From the NCBI GenBank assembly GCA_045535785.1, contig JAZSMH010000047.1:8250-72249 (forward strand): a DNA stretch of 64,000 bases. The letters are read 5' to 3'. The stretch is from Clostridia bacterium (GTDB lineage Bacteria; Bacillota; Clostridia; Christensenellales; DTU072). This document shows positions 46,582-56,747 of this stretch, piece after piece. Position 1 is the first letter of the stretch. Every line of letters begins with the position of its first letter. Both the position numbers and the translations under genes were made by a program. The notes beneath the pieces are model-generated. The model was not told where the DNA came from. It worked only from the letters and a program-made list of their open reading frames with translations, and searched no databases.

Positions 46582-49180
46582 TCCATATTTATTGCTCATA
46601 ACACTACCTTTGATAGCGGTAATTACGGTACCGTTTATTATCGCCATACGCAAAGAAAACCGCGATAAGTCGGTTATTGCTTCTTTTATCATGCACCTTC
46701 TTATAGTTTGCTTTGCTACTTTAATTGTTGCGGGCACGCAGATGACCTTCGTTATGACGGAGACGGAAATATACGTACTTGCAGACGTTTCTTACTCATC
46801 TCACGATAATCTCGACAAAATCGACCAATATATCGATAACGTAGACGAAAATAAACCCGAAGGCGCATCTTTGGGCGTAGTTTGCTTTGGCAAAGACTAC
46901 GAATTGTTTACCGAAATGGGCGCGGAGAGAAGTAGCGTAACGACTTCTACCGTTGACGACAGTGCAACCGATATTATATCCGCACTTGAATACACCGCTA
47001 CGCTATTTAGAGAAGACGTTATTAAGCGCATAGTACTTATCACCGATGGTAAGGCCACCGATAACGAAAGCACTTCTGCTCTTATCCGCACCGTTGCTAA
47101 TTTGTCAGAAAGCGGTATCTATATCGATGCAATGTATCTCGATAACAATATAAAAGAAGACGCCAAAGAAGTACAAATTAACGCGGTAGAATTTAACGAC
47201 TTTACCTACCTAAATCACGAAACCACCGCGGACGTACTTATCCAAAGTTCTTTTGATACCGAAGCAATTATCGCATTATACAAAGGCGAAAATAAGTATT
47301 ACCAAAAGGCGGTTAACCTAAATAAAGGCTACAACGTAGTTAACTTTACGCTCGATACCTTCATTGCGGGTGAATTCGATTATACGTTAGAAATAACCGT
47401 TACGGGTGACGAATCTTCATATAACAATACTTATAGATTTACCCAAAGCGTATCCGCTACGCTAGAAGTTTTACTTATAACCGAGAATCAAGCGGACTAC
47501 GAAGCGGCAAAAGAATTATACGGCAATTCCGCCAATATCACCGCATTTGTAAACAAACCCAACGTACCTTACTCAATAGAAGATATCTGTAAGTACGACG
47601 AAATTATGCTCGTCAACTGCGACGTGCGTAAACTCAACAATTATAGCTCGTTTGTTTCTAACGTTGACACCGCGGTATCACTCTTTGGTAAGAGTTTAGT
47701 TACCATAGGCGACAACAAGATTCAAAATAGAGAAGAAGGCATTTTGCTAGAATTATCCGACATGCTACCCGTTAAATTCGGTAACGACGATAGAGAGCCA
47801 AAACTCTACGGTATAGTATTCGACGCGTCGCGCAGTATGCAATTTGCTTCTCACTACATTATGGCAAAAGAAGCGTTAAGACAAATTCTTAACTTACTTA
47901 ACGACGAAGATTTTGTATCTGTAGTAGCATTCTCAGGCGATATCACCGTTGCTAGCCCTGCTCAAAAAGCATCGAATAGAGAGCAAATAATAAGCGATAT
48001 CGAGTCACTAGAGCCCACTCAAGGTACCTTCTTAGGTAAAGGCCTTGACGAAATGTACAAGGTAATGGATACCATGCAAGGCTTTAGCAAAAAAGAAGTT
48101 ATGGTTATTAGCGACGGTATGTCGTACACTCTAGAAGAAGACGATCCTATCAAACTTGCCGAAGCAATGTATAAGAGCGGTATCAACGTATCTGCAATCA
48201 ATATTGCCACGATAAACGGTGAGCCTACGCTAAAAAGCATGGCAGAAGCAGGTAGGGGCGAATATTACTTTATTAAGGACAATACCGACGTATCGGACTT
48301 TATCTTAGGCGACGTAGCTAACGACGTAACCGATAGCGTTGTCGAAAAAGACACTGCAGTTTATATAGAAAGAATTAACGACGACGTCCTTAACGGCGTA
48401 GAGAAGTTCGCTAGAATTTCGGGCTACTACTACGGCAAGGCGAAAGCTAGTGCCAAGACCGTACTTAGCGTTGATTATGAAGTTAACGACACCACCACCG
48501 TAAAAGCACCTTTATATTCCTATTGGAATTATGGTAATGGCAAAGTATCATGCTATACGGGCGTTATTAGCGGTACGTGGATAAGGAATTGGACGGGTAC
48601 GGAAACTAAATTCTTAAAGAATATCGTCTCCGTCAATACCCCTATGGAAAAGGTAAGTTCACCCTACGTTGTAAATATCGAAGCAGACGGAAATTACGCT
48701 AATATCCAAGTTACTGCACCCAAACTCAACGTTTCGGCAACCGCAAGTATTGAGATTACTTCTCCGTCGGGAAAGAAAGAAACCAAAGAACTAGCATTCG
48801 ATTCTACTAGTTATTATCATAAGATAGAGACTGACGAAATAGGTAAATACGTCGTTAACGTAAGTTATTCTTACGAAGGTGCAACGTATAACGCAACGAG
48901 TATATTCAATACGTCATACGAGCTAGAATACGACGAATTCGCTACCTACAGTGCGTCTACTTTATATAAGGTTATGCAAAATTACGGTCAAGTAAGCGAA
49001 AACGGCGAGCTAACTATCGTTAACGACGACAAAGAGATAGCAACGTACGTAATTAAGTTCACCGTACCGTTAGCAATAATTATTGCCGTATTGTTTATAG
49101 TTGACGTAATTATTCGCAAACTAAAATGGAACGATATAAAGGGCTTCTTCAAGAAGAACTCAAAAGGAGGAGAAAAATGA
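46559..49180 (+). CDS. Membrane protein with two vWA domains
   Basis: ADVSYSS...LITDG and FDASRSM...GTFLG...ISDG; start set at ATG 46559. Confidence 0.85.
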   Translation: MKNINFDNPYLLLITLPLIAVITVPFIIAIRKENRDKSVIASFIMHLLIVCFATLIVAGTQMTFVMTETEIYVLADVSYSSHDNLDKIDQYIDNVDENKPEGASLGVVCFGKDYELFTEMGAERSSVTTSTVDDSATDIISALEYTATLFREDVIKRIVLITDGKATDNESTSALIRTVANLSESGIYIDAMYLDNNIKEDAKEVQINAVEFNDFTYLNHETTADVLIQSSFDTEAIIALYKGENKYYQKAVNLNKGYNVVNFTLDTFIAGEFDYTLEITVTGDESSYNNTYRFTQSVSATLEVLLITENQADYEAAKELYGNSANITAFVNKPNVPYSIEDICKYDEIMLVNCDVRKLNNYSSFVSNVDTAVSLFGKSLVTIGDNKIQNREEGILLELSDMLPVKFGNDDREPKLYGIVFDASRSMQFASHYIMAKEALRQILNLLNDEDFVSVVAFSGDITVASPAQKASNREQIISDIESLEPTQGTFLGKGLDEMYKVMDTMQGFSKKEVMVISDGMSYTLEEDDPIKLAEAMYKSGINVSAINIATINGEPTLKSMAEAGRGEYYFIKDNTDVSDFILGDVANDVTDSVVEKDTAVYIERINDDVLNGVEKFARISGYYYGKAKASAKTVLSVDYEVNDTTTVKAPLYSYWNYGNGKVSCYTGVISGTWIRNWTGTETKFLKNIVSVNTPMEKVSSPYVVNIEADGNYANIQVTAPKLNVSATASIEITSPSGKKETKELAFDSTSYYHKIETDEIGKYVVNVSYSYEGATYNATSIFNTSYELEYDEFATYSASTLYKVMQNYGQVSENGELTIVNDDKEIATYVIKFTVPLAIIIAVLFIVDVIIRKLKWNDIKGFFKKNSKGGEK

Positions 49181-50601
49181 AAAAATTAGTTACAGTAATA
49201 ATGATAATTCTCGTCCTTTTCGGGTGTGTCGCTTGCGTAGAATACAACGATGCCGTAAATAAGCCCGGACAAGGTAATCAAAGCGGCAACAACAATAATA
49301 ATAATAACAATAACAACAACGATAACCAAGATACGCCTAACGAGCAAGAAGGCGAACTTTCTACCGTTACGTTGATGTATAACGGAGAATTCTACCAACC
49401 TTCTATCGTAATCAAAGCACAATGGGACAATGGTTTTTCGGTAAGAACGGCAGAATTTGACGATAACGGAGAAGCAAAGATTTACGGACTTGACGGAGAA
49501 TACGACGTAACGCTATCCGCTTTACCCAAAGGCTACAGCTATAATCCTAATATCTATTATACGTCTAACGAAAGACGTCATATCGAGATAGAACTATTCA
49601 AAGTTACGGAGACGGTAGGCACGGGCAAAGGTCTATATCACAGTGAAGGTGTTATCGTAATCGACCAGACGGCGGTTTATAGAGCGGAATTAGAAAGTGC
49701 CAGAGACGTAGTTTATTACGAATTTGCACCGCAAAAAAGCGGTACCTACACCATAGAATCTTGGGTAGACACCACGGCGGAATTAGTTAATCCCATGGCG
49801 GACGTCTACGAAGGCTCGATTGCTTACAAGAATTTCTCATACACCATCAACACGGGTGGCAAAGAGGGTACGTTTAGTAAGAACTTCGTCTACGACGTAG
49901 AGATAGCGGACGAAATGATTAGCGAGAATGGTAGCGCGGTATTTACCTTCGGAATAAAAGCAACGGTAAAAACCGACAAGTTCCCCGTATACGTAGACTT
50001 TGCTATCAAACTTGACGGAATGTTCGACCTTGACCATACGATTAGTCAATATATCGTTCCGCAAGAGAATTTCGTTAGAGCGGAAGAAGTAAGCGGCACG
50101 CTAAGTACTCCCGCAAGAAAAGTAGGCAGTAATTACTTATTTGACCAAAGTATGTATAAGCTCAACCCCGCAGACGGTTACTACTATCTATACGATGCAG
50201 AAACCGACACCTACGTGCAAAAACTCTATGCGTTCATAAGCAGTCCTTGCTTCTTTATCGACAAAGCGTTTACAGAGATAGAGTACGAAGGCAATAAGAA
50301 TCTTACCGTCAACAAAGGTAAGGACAACTACAAAATATTCATTGAAGGTGCCGCAGCAACTATAGCTGCAGGGTATGACAACGTACCCACGGCTCTACAA
50401 AATCAAGAAGGTTATGCCCAATACACTAATTCCGACGGCGTGTATCCCGTAACCGAAGAATTAAAGATCTTCTTGCAAGCGTATAGCACGTCACAATGGC
50501 TCTTCAACGATGGTAACGGCTTTGTAGAAAGCTTCACCACACCGAGATACTACTGCGACGAAGATAGCCAATGGCTCTTCGGTTGCGCCCTATACAAATA
50601 G
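49177..50601 (+). CDS. Hypothetical lipoprotein with Asn-rich linker
   Basis: AGGAGG RBS, ATGA overlap, LFGC lipobox, poly-Asn (AAC/AAT) stretch. Confidence 0.75.
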   Translation: MKKLVTVIMIILVLFGCVACVEYNDAVNKPGQGNQSGNNNNNNNNNNNDNQDTPNEQEGELSTVTLMYNGEFYQPSIVIKAQWDNGFSVRTAEFDDNGEAKIYGLDGEYDVTLSALPKGYSYNPNIYYTSNERRHIEIELFKVTETVGTGKGLYHSEGVIVIDQTAVYRAELESARDVVYYEFAPQKSGTYTIESWVDTTAELVNPMADVYEGSIAYKNFSYTINTGGKEGTFSKNFVYDVEIADEMISENGSAVFTFGIKATVKTDKFPVYVDFAIKLDGMFDLDHTISQYIVPQENFVRAEEVSGTLSTPARKVGSNYLFDQSMYKLNPADGYYYLYDAETDTYVQKLYAFISSPCFFIDKAFTEIEYEGNKNLTVNKGKDNYKIFIEGAAATIAAGYDNVPTALQNQEGYAQYTNSDGVYPVTEELKIFLQAYSTSQWLFNDGNGFVESFTTPRYYCDEDSQWLFGCALYK

Positions 50602-50681
50602 CGGGGAGCCCCCGCGGGCAGTAGCAGCGAGCCGCTGTGGCACCACTACGCGTGGAGCGGCAAGGAGTGTCCTTGCATGCA
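50601..50681. repeat. Mosaic GC-rich repeat modules (A-B-C order)
   Basis: Same three modules as 38816-38972 in a different order. Confidence 0.85.
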
Positions 50682-50721
50682 TGTTGGTCGTTCAAGTGTT
50701 ATCTACTATATAAAGAAATAA

Positions 50722-50756
50722 GGCGTGATAGGTTGTTTGCTTATCACGCCATTTTT
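50722..50756 (+). terminator. Intrinsic terminator
   Basis: GGCGTGATA..../..TATCACGCC then ATTTTT. Confidence 0.65.
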
Positions 50757-50832
50757 AATTATATTGCTTTGTAATATAGCCGAGCAACTTTAGTTACGAA
50801 AGCCGTTTTTTTATTTGTAAATGAGTTTGCCT

Positions 50833-50991
50833 ATGAATTGACTATCGTCATGAATTGGCTACGCCTATCGACTTAACGTCGAAATAATAAGGTGAAGTTT
50901 GCTCTAGCGAGCAAGTGAAGTTATCTTCGATAGTGAAGTTTTTCCTTATCGTCAAAGTGAAGTTTGCAATTGCATTGCAAGTTGAGGATAA
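50833..50991 (+). repeat. 159-bp GTGAAGTT/ATGAATTG motif + hairpin array, copy 2
   Basis: Inverted near-identical copy of 39024-39182. Confidence 0.92.
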
Positions 50992-51025
50992 AATTTATTA
51001 TACCAACTGCGCTCCGACCGCCGTC

Positions 51026-51220
51026 GGCTCACCGACAAAACAAAAGACGGACAAGATAAACTCTGTCCGCCTTATTTGCTTATTAAGTGTTCTTACTTAA
51101 CCGACTGCCACAACGGCTCGCTGCGACCAACTGCCCACAGGGGCTCACCGACAAAACAAAAGCGAACAGAATAAACTCTGTCCGCCTTATTTGCTTATTA
51201 AGTGTTCTTACTTAACCGAC
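51026..51220. repeat. ~80-bp direct duplication of mosaic modules
   Basis: 51026-51105 vs 51142-51220; an inverted module B lies between them at 51106-51124. Confidence 0.85.
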
Positions 51221-51246
51221 CAATTGTGCTGTCGGTCGCTCACCGA

Positions 51247-51543
51247 CTAGCCTTGCGCGTGAAGTAGTACTTGGAACACGAAGAATAGGATAGAAAATAC
51301 AAGTATGCTAGCAGCGATAATTACGGTTGCTAGTTTGAACTTGCCGTCAATGCTTCTTGACTTATTTCTTCCGAAGAACGTATCCGAGCCACCGGTGATT
51401 GCGCTCATATTGTTGCTAGCGTCACCACGTTGTAGAAGAACAACGATAATCATAGCGATGCTAGAAAGAACCATTAATATCATAAATGCAATGCTAAATC
51501 CGTTATAAACGTCAGCAGCAGTTGCCATTAACAAACCAAACAT
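51247..51543 (-). CDS. secG: Preprotein translocase subunit SecG
   Basis: IIVVLLQRG...MSAITGGSDTFFGRNKSR...K.ATV. Confidence 0.9.
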   Translation of the reverse strand: MFGLLMATAADVYNGFSIAFMILMVLSSIAMIIVVLLQRGDASNNMSAITGGSDTFFGRNKSRSIDGKFKLATVIIAASILVFSILFFVFQVLLHAQG

Positions 51544-51659
51544 AGTATTCTCCTTATAAATAACAGTTTTGCTTATCTATTTTAGCACACCAATTAGTTT
51601 CTGACAAGCGTTTTATTACTTTTTCTGCTAATTATTAATATTTTAAGCAAAAATTTATC

Positions 51660-52601
51660 TCAATAGAACGTACTTATCACGTCTTCACCGTCAAGCGGTT
51701 GACAAGGCGTTATTTGTCTAACATAAAGCACAGGCCCTTCGTTGCCGTATACTTCGTGATTTTCTATCTTTATTTGTGCTTTTACAATGCACCAACGCGA
51801 AGTAACGGGCTTGAAGTAACCGTCGTGTTTTACCACAAGTCCACAGTACTTAGTATCCGCTTCGCAACATACCATAACGTGCCTACCTATAATAAAAGTG
51901 TATTTACCTAAACTTTCGTCATAGGCTACCACGCCTTTTAGTTTAACGACCTTTCCGTCAAAAATCTCTTGATTTTCGCTAATTTCGCGGTAAAAATACG
52001 CATAGTCCCTATCTTCAATATGTACCACGGGCGCGTCAATATCAAAAGGCAACGGATCGACGATATCGTCACGCTCAATTTCGCCTAGTTGATTTTCGTA
52101 AAGAATATCGTTGTTACGCGATATAGCGCGCACTAGTTTATGGTACGGCTCTTTACTCGTTGACGAATTGTAGCGGTTGAATACGATAAGGTCGGCATAA
52201 TTGAACTTATCATAAGTAAGTTGTCGCATATTTTGATTGTACGATAGGATAGTAGTGCAGTCTGCGAAAGCCATTATTTGACAAATCATCCAGTTGTCGG
52301 GGATTTGATCGAGGAAATCGCCAAGCTCCCACATTCCGTTGTATTCAACGAAAATTCTTTCGTACCCATTCTTCTTTTGAATATCAAGGAAATTAAACAA
52401 AGTCATATCTTCGCGCGTAAGGATATGCACGTCGATATCACTACTAATTTCGAACTCTTCTTCACCTTCTTCGAATACGAATAGCGCCGTCTTTTCCCCA
52501 GTGTTTAGCTCGCTAGAATTGAGCGCGCCGTTAAGGAAAGTCGTCTTACCCGAATCAAGGAATCCCGTGAATATATATAAACCTACGTTGAATTCTTCCA
52601 T
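51660..52601 (-). CDS. CobW-like GTPase domain fused to a C-terminal OB-like domain with a CCEAD motif (TIGR03943-like)
   Basis: FTGFLDSGKTT, VEYNGMW; C-terminal GRHVMVCCEAD; start set at ATG 52601. Confidence 0.72.
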   Translation of the reverse strand: MEEFNVGLYIFTGFLDSGKTTFLNGALNSSELNTGEKTALFVFEEGEEEFEISSDIDVHILTREDMTLFNFLDIQKKNGYERIFVEYNGMWELGDFLDQIPDNWMICQIMAFADCTTILSYNQNMRQLTYDKFNYADLIVFNRYNSSTSKEPYHKLVRAISRNNDILYENQLGEIERDDIVDPLPFDIDAPVVHIEDRDYAYFYREISENQEIFDGKVVKLKGVVAYDESLGKYTFIIGRHVMVCCEADTKYCGLVVKHDGYFKPVTSRWCIVKAQIKIENHEVYGNEGPVLYVRQITPCQPLDGEDVISTFY

Positions 52602-52602
52602 A

Positions 52603-53820
52603 TTATATTCCAAAAATCTCCGCCAATTTTTCTTCGTCAAGCTCGCTACCGATTACACAAATCTTGCCGATTACCGCACCGCTTCCTTTTCTTACGTCAA
52701 CGTTACCGGGGATAAAATCAAAATGTATCCAACCGTCAACGCCGTCTACGATACCCTTTGCGCGTAAAATGTTGCCTTGCTCTTCAAAAGAGTTAAGAAT
52801 ATCCAAAATCTCACTTTCGGAATACTTAACTGCCGTTTCTTTGCCCCAAGCAGTGAATACTTCGTCCGCATGATGTCCGTGGTGATGTCCGCAACAACAC
52901 TCTTCACCGTGTTCATGATGGTGATGGTGTTCATGCTCATGTTCGTGACCACAACAGCACTCTTCACCGTGTTCATGATGGTGATGGTGCTCGTGTCCGT
53001 GCTCGTGACCACAACAACATTCTTCACCGTGTTCATGATGATGGTGCTCGTGTCCGTGCTCATGACCGCAACAACACTCTTCACCGTGTTCGTGGTGATG
53101 ATGATGTTCGTGATGTCCGTGCTCGTGTCCGCAACAACACTCTTCACCATGTTCGTGGTGATGATGGTGATGATGATGCTCAACGGAAGAAAGTAGTTCG
53201 TTAGCCATATCGGATATGGTATTAGTATTTTCCATAGCTTCAAGAACTTGTTCTCCGCTAAGTTGAGATATATGAGTGGATACGATAGTGCAGTTGGGGT
53301 TATTTTCCTTTACGAAAGCAACGCACTCGTCGATTTTCTTTTGACTTGCTTCATCGGTGTGACTTAGTATTACGCAACTAGCGTGTTGAAGTTGATCTAA
53401 GAAGAATTCTCCGAAGTTCTTTGCGTATACCGCGCATTTTTTCGCGTTGATTACCGTAGTTTTTGTATTGATTTCTACGTCGGGTAGACCGCTCTTTACC
53501 GCGTTTATTACGTCGCTAAGTTTACCTACGCCCGAAGGTTCAACGATAATGCGGTCGGGGTTAAATTGCTCTGCAACTTCTTTTAAGGCTTTTGCAAAAT
53601 CACCCACAAGGCTACAACAGATACAACCGCTATTCATTTCGGTTATTTGTACGCCCGTTTCTTGCAAAAATCCGCCGTCAATACCGATTTCGCCGAATTC
53701 ATTCTCGATTATTACTTTCTTTTCGTTAGGATACGCTTCGAGAAGAAGCTTTTTGATAAGAGTAGTTTTGCCAGCTCCCAAAAAACCCGATATAATATCA
53801 ATTTTCATATTTTTATCCAC
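52603..53820 (-). CDS. COG0523 (CobW/P47K) metallochaperone GTPase with His/Cys-rich insert
   Basis: SGFLGAGKTT, ENEFG, GCICC, VEPSGVG, LRAKG; five HEHGEECCCG repeats. Confidence 0.92.
   Translation of the reverse strand: MDKNMKIDIISGFLGAGKTTLIKKLLLEAYPNEKKVIIENEFGEIGIDGGFLQETGVQITEMNSGCICCSLVGDFAKALKEVAEQFNPDRIIVEPSGVGKLSDVINAVKSGLPDVEINTKTTVINAKKCAVYAKNFGEFFLDQLQHASCVILSHTDEASQKKIDECVAFVKENNPNCTIVSTHISQLSGEQVLEAMENTNTISDMANELLSSVEHHHHHHHHEHGEECCCGHEHGHHEHHHHHEHGEECCCGHEHGHEHHHHEHGEECCCGHEHGHEHHHHHEHGEECCCGHEHEHEHHHHHEHGEECCCGHHHGHHADEVFTAWGKETAVKYSESEILDILNSFEEQGNILRAKGIVDGVDGWIHFDFIPGNVDVRKGSGAVIGKICVIGSELDEEKLAEIFGI
52870..53178. repeat. Tandem repeat encoding (H)n-EHGEECCCG x5
   Basis: Near-identical ~57-63 bp units inside the COG0523 gene. 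Confidence 0.9.
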
Positions 53821-53889
53821 CTATATTTAATTTTTAATATTGCGAATTGTAGCACAAAGCAATATATTTGTCAATTAATACTTTCAGTA

Positions 53890-54564
53890 TTATAATTCCA
53901 CGCTTTCGTAGAGATCCAATACTTTAATTATATCACCAAAATCTTTTTTTAGAGAATTCACGTCGCATTTTATAGCAGGGAAAGTGTTGTAGTGCATGGG
54001 AATAAGGGTATCGAAATGGAAATATTTTTCGCACGCAAACTTTGCTTGATCTATGTCCATAGTGTACACCCCACCGATAGGCAATAACCCGACGTTAGGC
54101 TTATAGTACTCGTCAATTAGTTGCATATCGCTAAATAAGGCGGTGTCGCCCGCGTGATAAATCACCTTCTCGCCAAGTTTAATGATTAATCCAACCGCAC
54201 CACCTGCGTATTTTTCGTCAAAAGAAGAAGAGTGCTCCGCTTTAACTAGGCTAACTTCAATACCGTCGCCTAAATCTATTTTACCACCAACGTTGAGCCC
54301 AACGCCGTATAGATAAGGATATTTCTTTTGCACTAGGTCAATAAGCTCTACCATGCCGATTACCGTAGCCGCACTTTCTTGTAAAAGGTCGAGCCCGCCC
54401 GTATGATCGTGATGCCCATGTGTAAGCAAAATAAAGTCGGGCGCAAAAAATTGTGGCAAAGTTTCTTTCAGCCTTTCTTCATCGGTGCAAAAAGGATCGG
54501 TTATTATCGTTTTACCATTGTATTCAATCAAAAAACAAGAGTGTTCTACGTAAGTTATTTTCAT
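53890..54564 (-). CDS. Metal-dependent hydrolase, MBL fold (UPF0173-like)
   Basis: HSCF, LTHGHHDH, YHAGDT, LPIGG.YTM, PMHY. Confidence 0.88.
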   Translation of the reverse strand: MKITYVEHSCFLIEYNGKTIITDPFCTDEERLKETLPQFFAPDFILLTHGHHDHTGGLDLLQESAATVIGMVELIDLVQKKYPYLYGVGLNVGGKIDLGDGIEVSLVKAEHSSSFDEKYAGGAVGLIIKLGEKVIYHAGDTALFSDMQLIDEYYKPNVGLLPIGGVYTMDIDQAKFACEKYFHFDTLIPMHYNTFPAIKCDVNSLKKDFGDIIKVLDLYESVEL

Positions 54565-54727
54565 AAAAAATCTCCTTATAACGGTATAATTATATAATAA
54601 TTATAAAAAATACGCAAGGAGGAAATGGATAGTAAAAATACTTTTGCAAAAAATCACCATATATGCTATAATGAAAAAAGTTAAGAAAAAGTGAATTTTT
54701 TGAGAAAAACGAAAAACGGAGTTATCA

Positions 54728-55888
54728 ATGGAAAGTAAAGTTTTTGAAATTATCGCAAAAGAACAAAACAGACAAAACACCTTCATCGAGCTTATCGCTA
54801 GTGAGAACTTTTGTAGCGAGAACGTTATGAAAGCGGTGGGTAGTTGTCTTACCAATAAGTATAGCGAAGGATATCCAAGTAAGCGCTACTACGGCGGTTG
54901 CGAACATATCGACGAATTAGAAAATTATTGCAAAGAACAATGGCAAAAGGTTTTTAATACCGATTACCACGTTAACGTACAACCCCACAGTGGTTCAAGT
55001 GCCAACTTAGCTGTGTACGCAGCACTTCTCAATAAGGGCGACAAGGTACTTAGTATGGAACTAAACAACGGTAGCCACCTTACCCACGGTTCCCCCGTCA
55101 ACAACAGTGGCAAACTTTATGATTTCTACTTCTACGGAGTAGACGAGAACGGCTACATAGACTACGACGACGTTAGGAAAAAAGCTCACGAAGTTATGCC
55201 TAAGCTTATCGTTGCAGGCGCAAGCGCATATTCAAGAATTATCGACTTCAAGGTGTTCGGTGAGATCGCTAGTGAAGTAGGCGCACTTCTTATGGTAGAT
55301 ATTGCACACATAGCAGGATTAGTCGCTACGGGTTACCATCCTACACCGTTTGGGTATGCCGATGTAGTTACTACCACTACTCATAAGACCTTACGCGGTA
55401 CGCGTGGTGGACTTATTTTCTGCAAGCAAGAGCTCGCTCGCAAAATAGATAGCGGTATCTTCCCCGGTACGCAAGGCGGGCCGTTAAATCACGTAATCGC
55501 AGGCAAAGCGGTTACCGCAGAAGAAGCGCAAAGTGCCGACTACAAGGACTATATCGGTAACGTTGTCGCTAACTGCAAAGCAATGGCGGAAGAATTTGTA
55601 AAAATGGGCTACAAGGTAGTTACGGGTGGCACGGACAACCACTTGTTCTTAGTTGACCTTACCGACAAAGGCGTTAGCGGCAAGCAAGTGCAAGACGCAT
55701 GCGACGAAGTAGGTATCACCCTTAACAAGAACTGCGTACCTAACGAAACGCGCTCACCTATGCAAACGAGCGGTGTAAGAATAGGTACCGCCGCAATGAC
55801 GACGAAAGGCTTTACCAAAGAACAATTCATAGAAGTTGCGCATAGAATAGACGAAGTAATCAAAAATATCGTAAGCGCACAAAACTAG
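54728..55888 (+). CDS. glyA: Serine hydroxymethyltransferase
   Basis: [44 protein letters not shown]. Confidence 0.97.
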   Translation: MESKVFEIIAKEQNRQNTFIELIASENFCSENVMKAVGSCLTNKYSEGYPSKRYYGGCEHIDELENYCKEQWQKVFNTDYHVNVQPHSGSSANLAVYAALLNKGDKVLSMELNNGSHLTHGSPVNNSGKLYDFYFYGVDENGYIDYDDVRKKAHEVMPKLIVAGASAYSRIIDFKVFGEIASEVGALLMVDIAHIAGLVATGYHPTPFGYADVVTTTTHKTLRGTRGGLIFCKQELARKIDSGIFPGTQGGPLNHVIAGKAVTAEEAQSADYKDYIGNVVANCKAMAEEFVKMGYKVVTGGTDNHLFLVDLTDKGVSGKQVQDACDEVGITLNKNCVPNETRSPMQTSGVRIGTAAMTTKGFTKEQFIEVAHRIDEVIKNIVSAQN

Positions 55889-55957
55889 TCGATTTTATAG
55901 AATATTGAAAAAAAGTAAGTTCGCGATAAAATAAAAACAAAAAAAGGAGTTAGCACA

Positions 55958-56446
55958 ATGAACAATCTTTTATTAGCGCTAGAGCCAGGCGTAGTTATCG
56001 GTATAATCGTAGCTGCAGCCATAGTGGGGATAATTCTACTCGGCGTTATCTTGAATCGTATCAATATTGTTTTCCGCGCAAGATACAACCTATCTTTGTG
56101 GGGCGGTGCATTCCTAATGATGGTTGCAGAAATCTTAGTCGTAGTTGCAATAATATGGGTAGATAACACAATTGCAAAAGTAATAATGTGCGTGGTTGCA
56201 GGCATCTTAGCAATAATCACCTTGATATTCAATATCAAGAAAGCGGGTGGAATGGGCGTGCTAGCGCTACTTTTACAAATGATTTTCTCAATCGGTTGCC
56301 CCTTTATGATACTAGGACTATTCACAAGGCAAGGTAGACGCGACCTAATCGTTGACAAAATGAGCGACGACTACCGCGTAAGAAGATACAAAGAAAAACA
56401 CGGCTTAAATAACGAAGATAACTTCGACGACATCTACCGTAATTAA
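55958..56446 (+). CDS. Hypothetical membrane protein
   Basis: AAGGAG RBS, ~4 TM segments. Confidence 0.7.
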   Translation: MNNLLLALEPGVVIGIIVAAAIVGIILLGVILNRINIVFRARYNLSLWGGAFLMMVAEILVVVAIIWVDNTIAKVIMCVVAGILAIITLIFNIKKAGGMGVLALLLQMIFSIGCPFMILGLFTRQGRRDLIVDKMSDDYRVRRYKEKHGLNNEDNFDDIYRN

Positions 56447-56465
56447 ACAGTTTGTAGACCATAAC

Positions 56466-56501
56466 AAAACGAGTGATAACAATGCTTTATCACTCGTTTT
56501 T
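56466..56501. terminator. Bidirectional intrinsic terminator
   Basis: AAAACGAGTGATAA..../..TTATCACTCGTTTT between convergent genes. Confidence 0.8.
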
Positions 56502-56526
56502 CTTTGCAGAAATAAAATTAATTTTC

Positions 56527-56739
56527 TTAAAATTGTTCTTTCCCAACAATGTAATCAATAGAACAGTCAAAAAATTCAGCTAGCGCCCATACGTCAAGAA
56601 CGTTAGGTATAACAATCCCTGCTTCCCATCGCGAAATATTCGCTTGCTTGATTCCCGTCTTTGTAGCTAATTCCCTTTGAGAAAGCCCTTTTTCTAGGCG
56701 TAATTCTTTAATTTTATTGTTACTAAAATCGCCATTCAT
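56527..56739 (-). CDS. XRE-family helix-turn-helix regulator
   Basis: IKELRLEKGLSQRELA...ISRWEAG..IP...LAEFFDCSIDYIVG. Confidence 0.9.
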   Translation of the reverse strand: MNGDFSNNKIKELRLEKGLSQRELATKTGIKQANISRWEAGIVIPNVLDVWALAEFFDCSIDYIVGKEQF

Positions 56740-56747
56740 ACCTTAAT

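Noticed and set aside
52746-53243. Alternative-frame ORFs 52746-53243 and 52777-53196
   Set aside because: Open only because the His/Cys repeat lacks stops in other frames.
54565-54727. Glycine or ZTP riboswitch upstream of glyA
   Set aside because: The region is AT-rich divergent promoter sequence with no aptamer motifs or stems.
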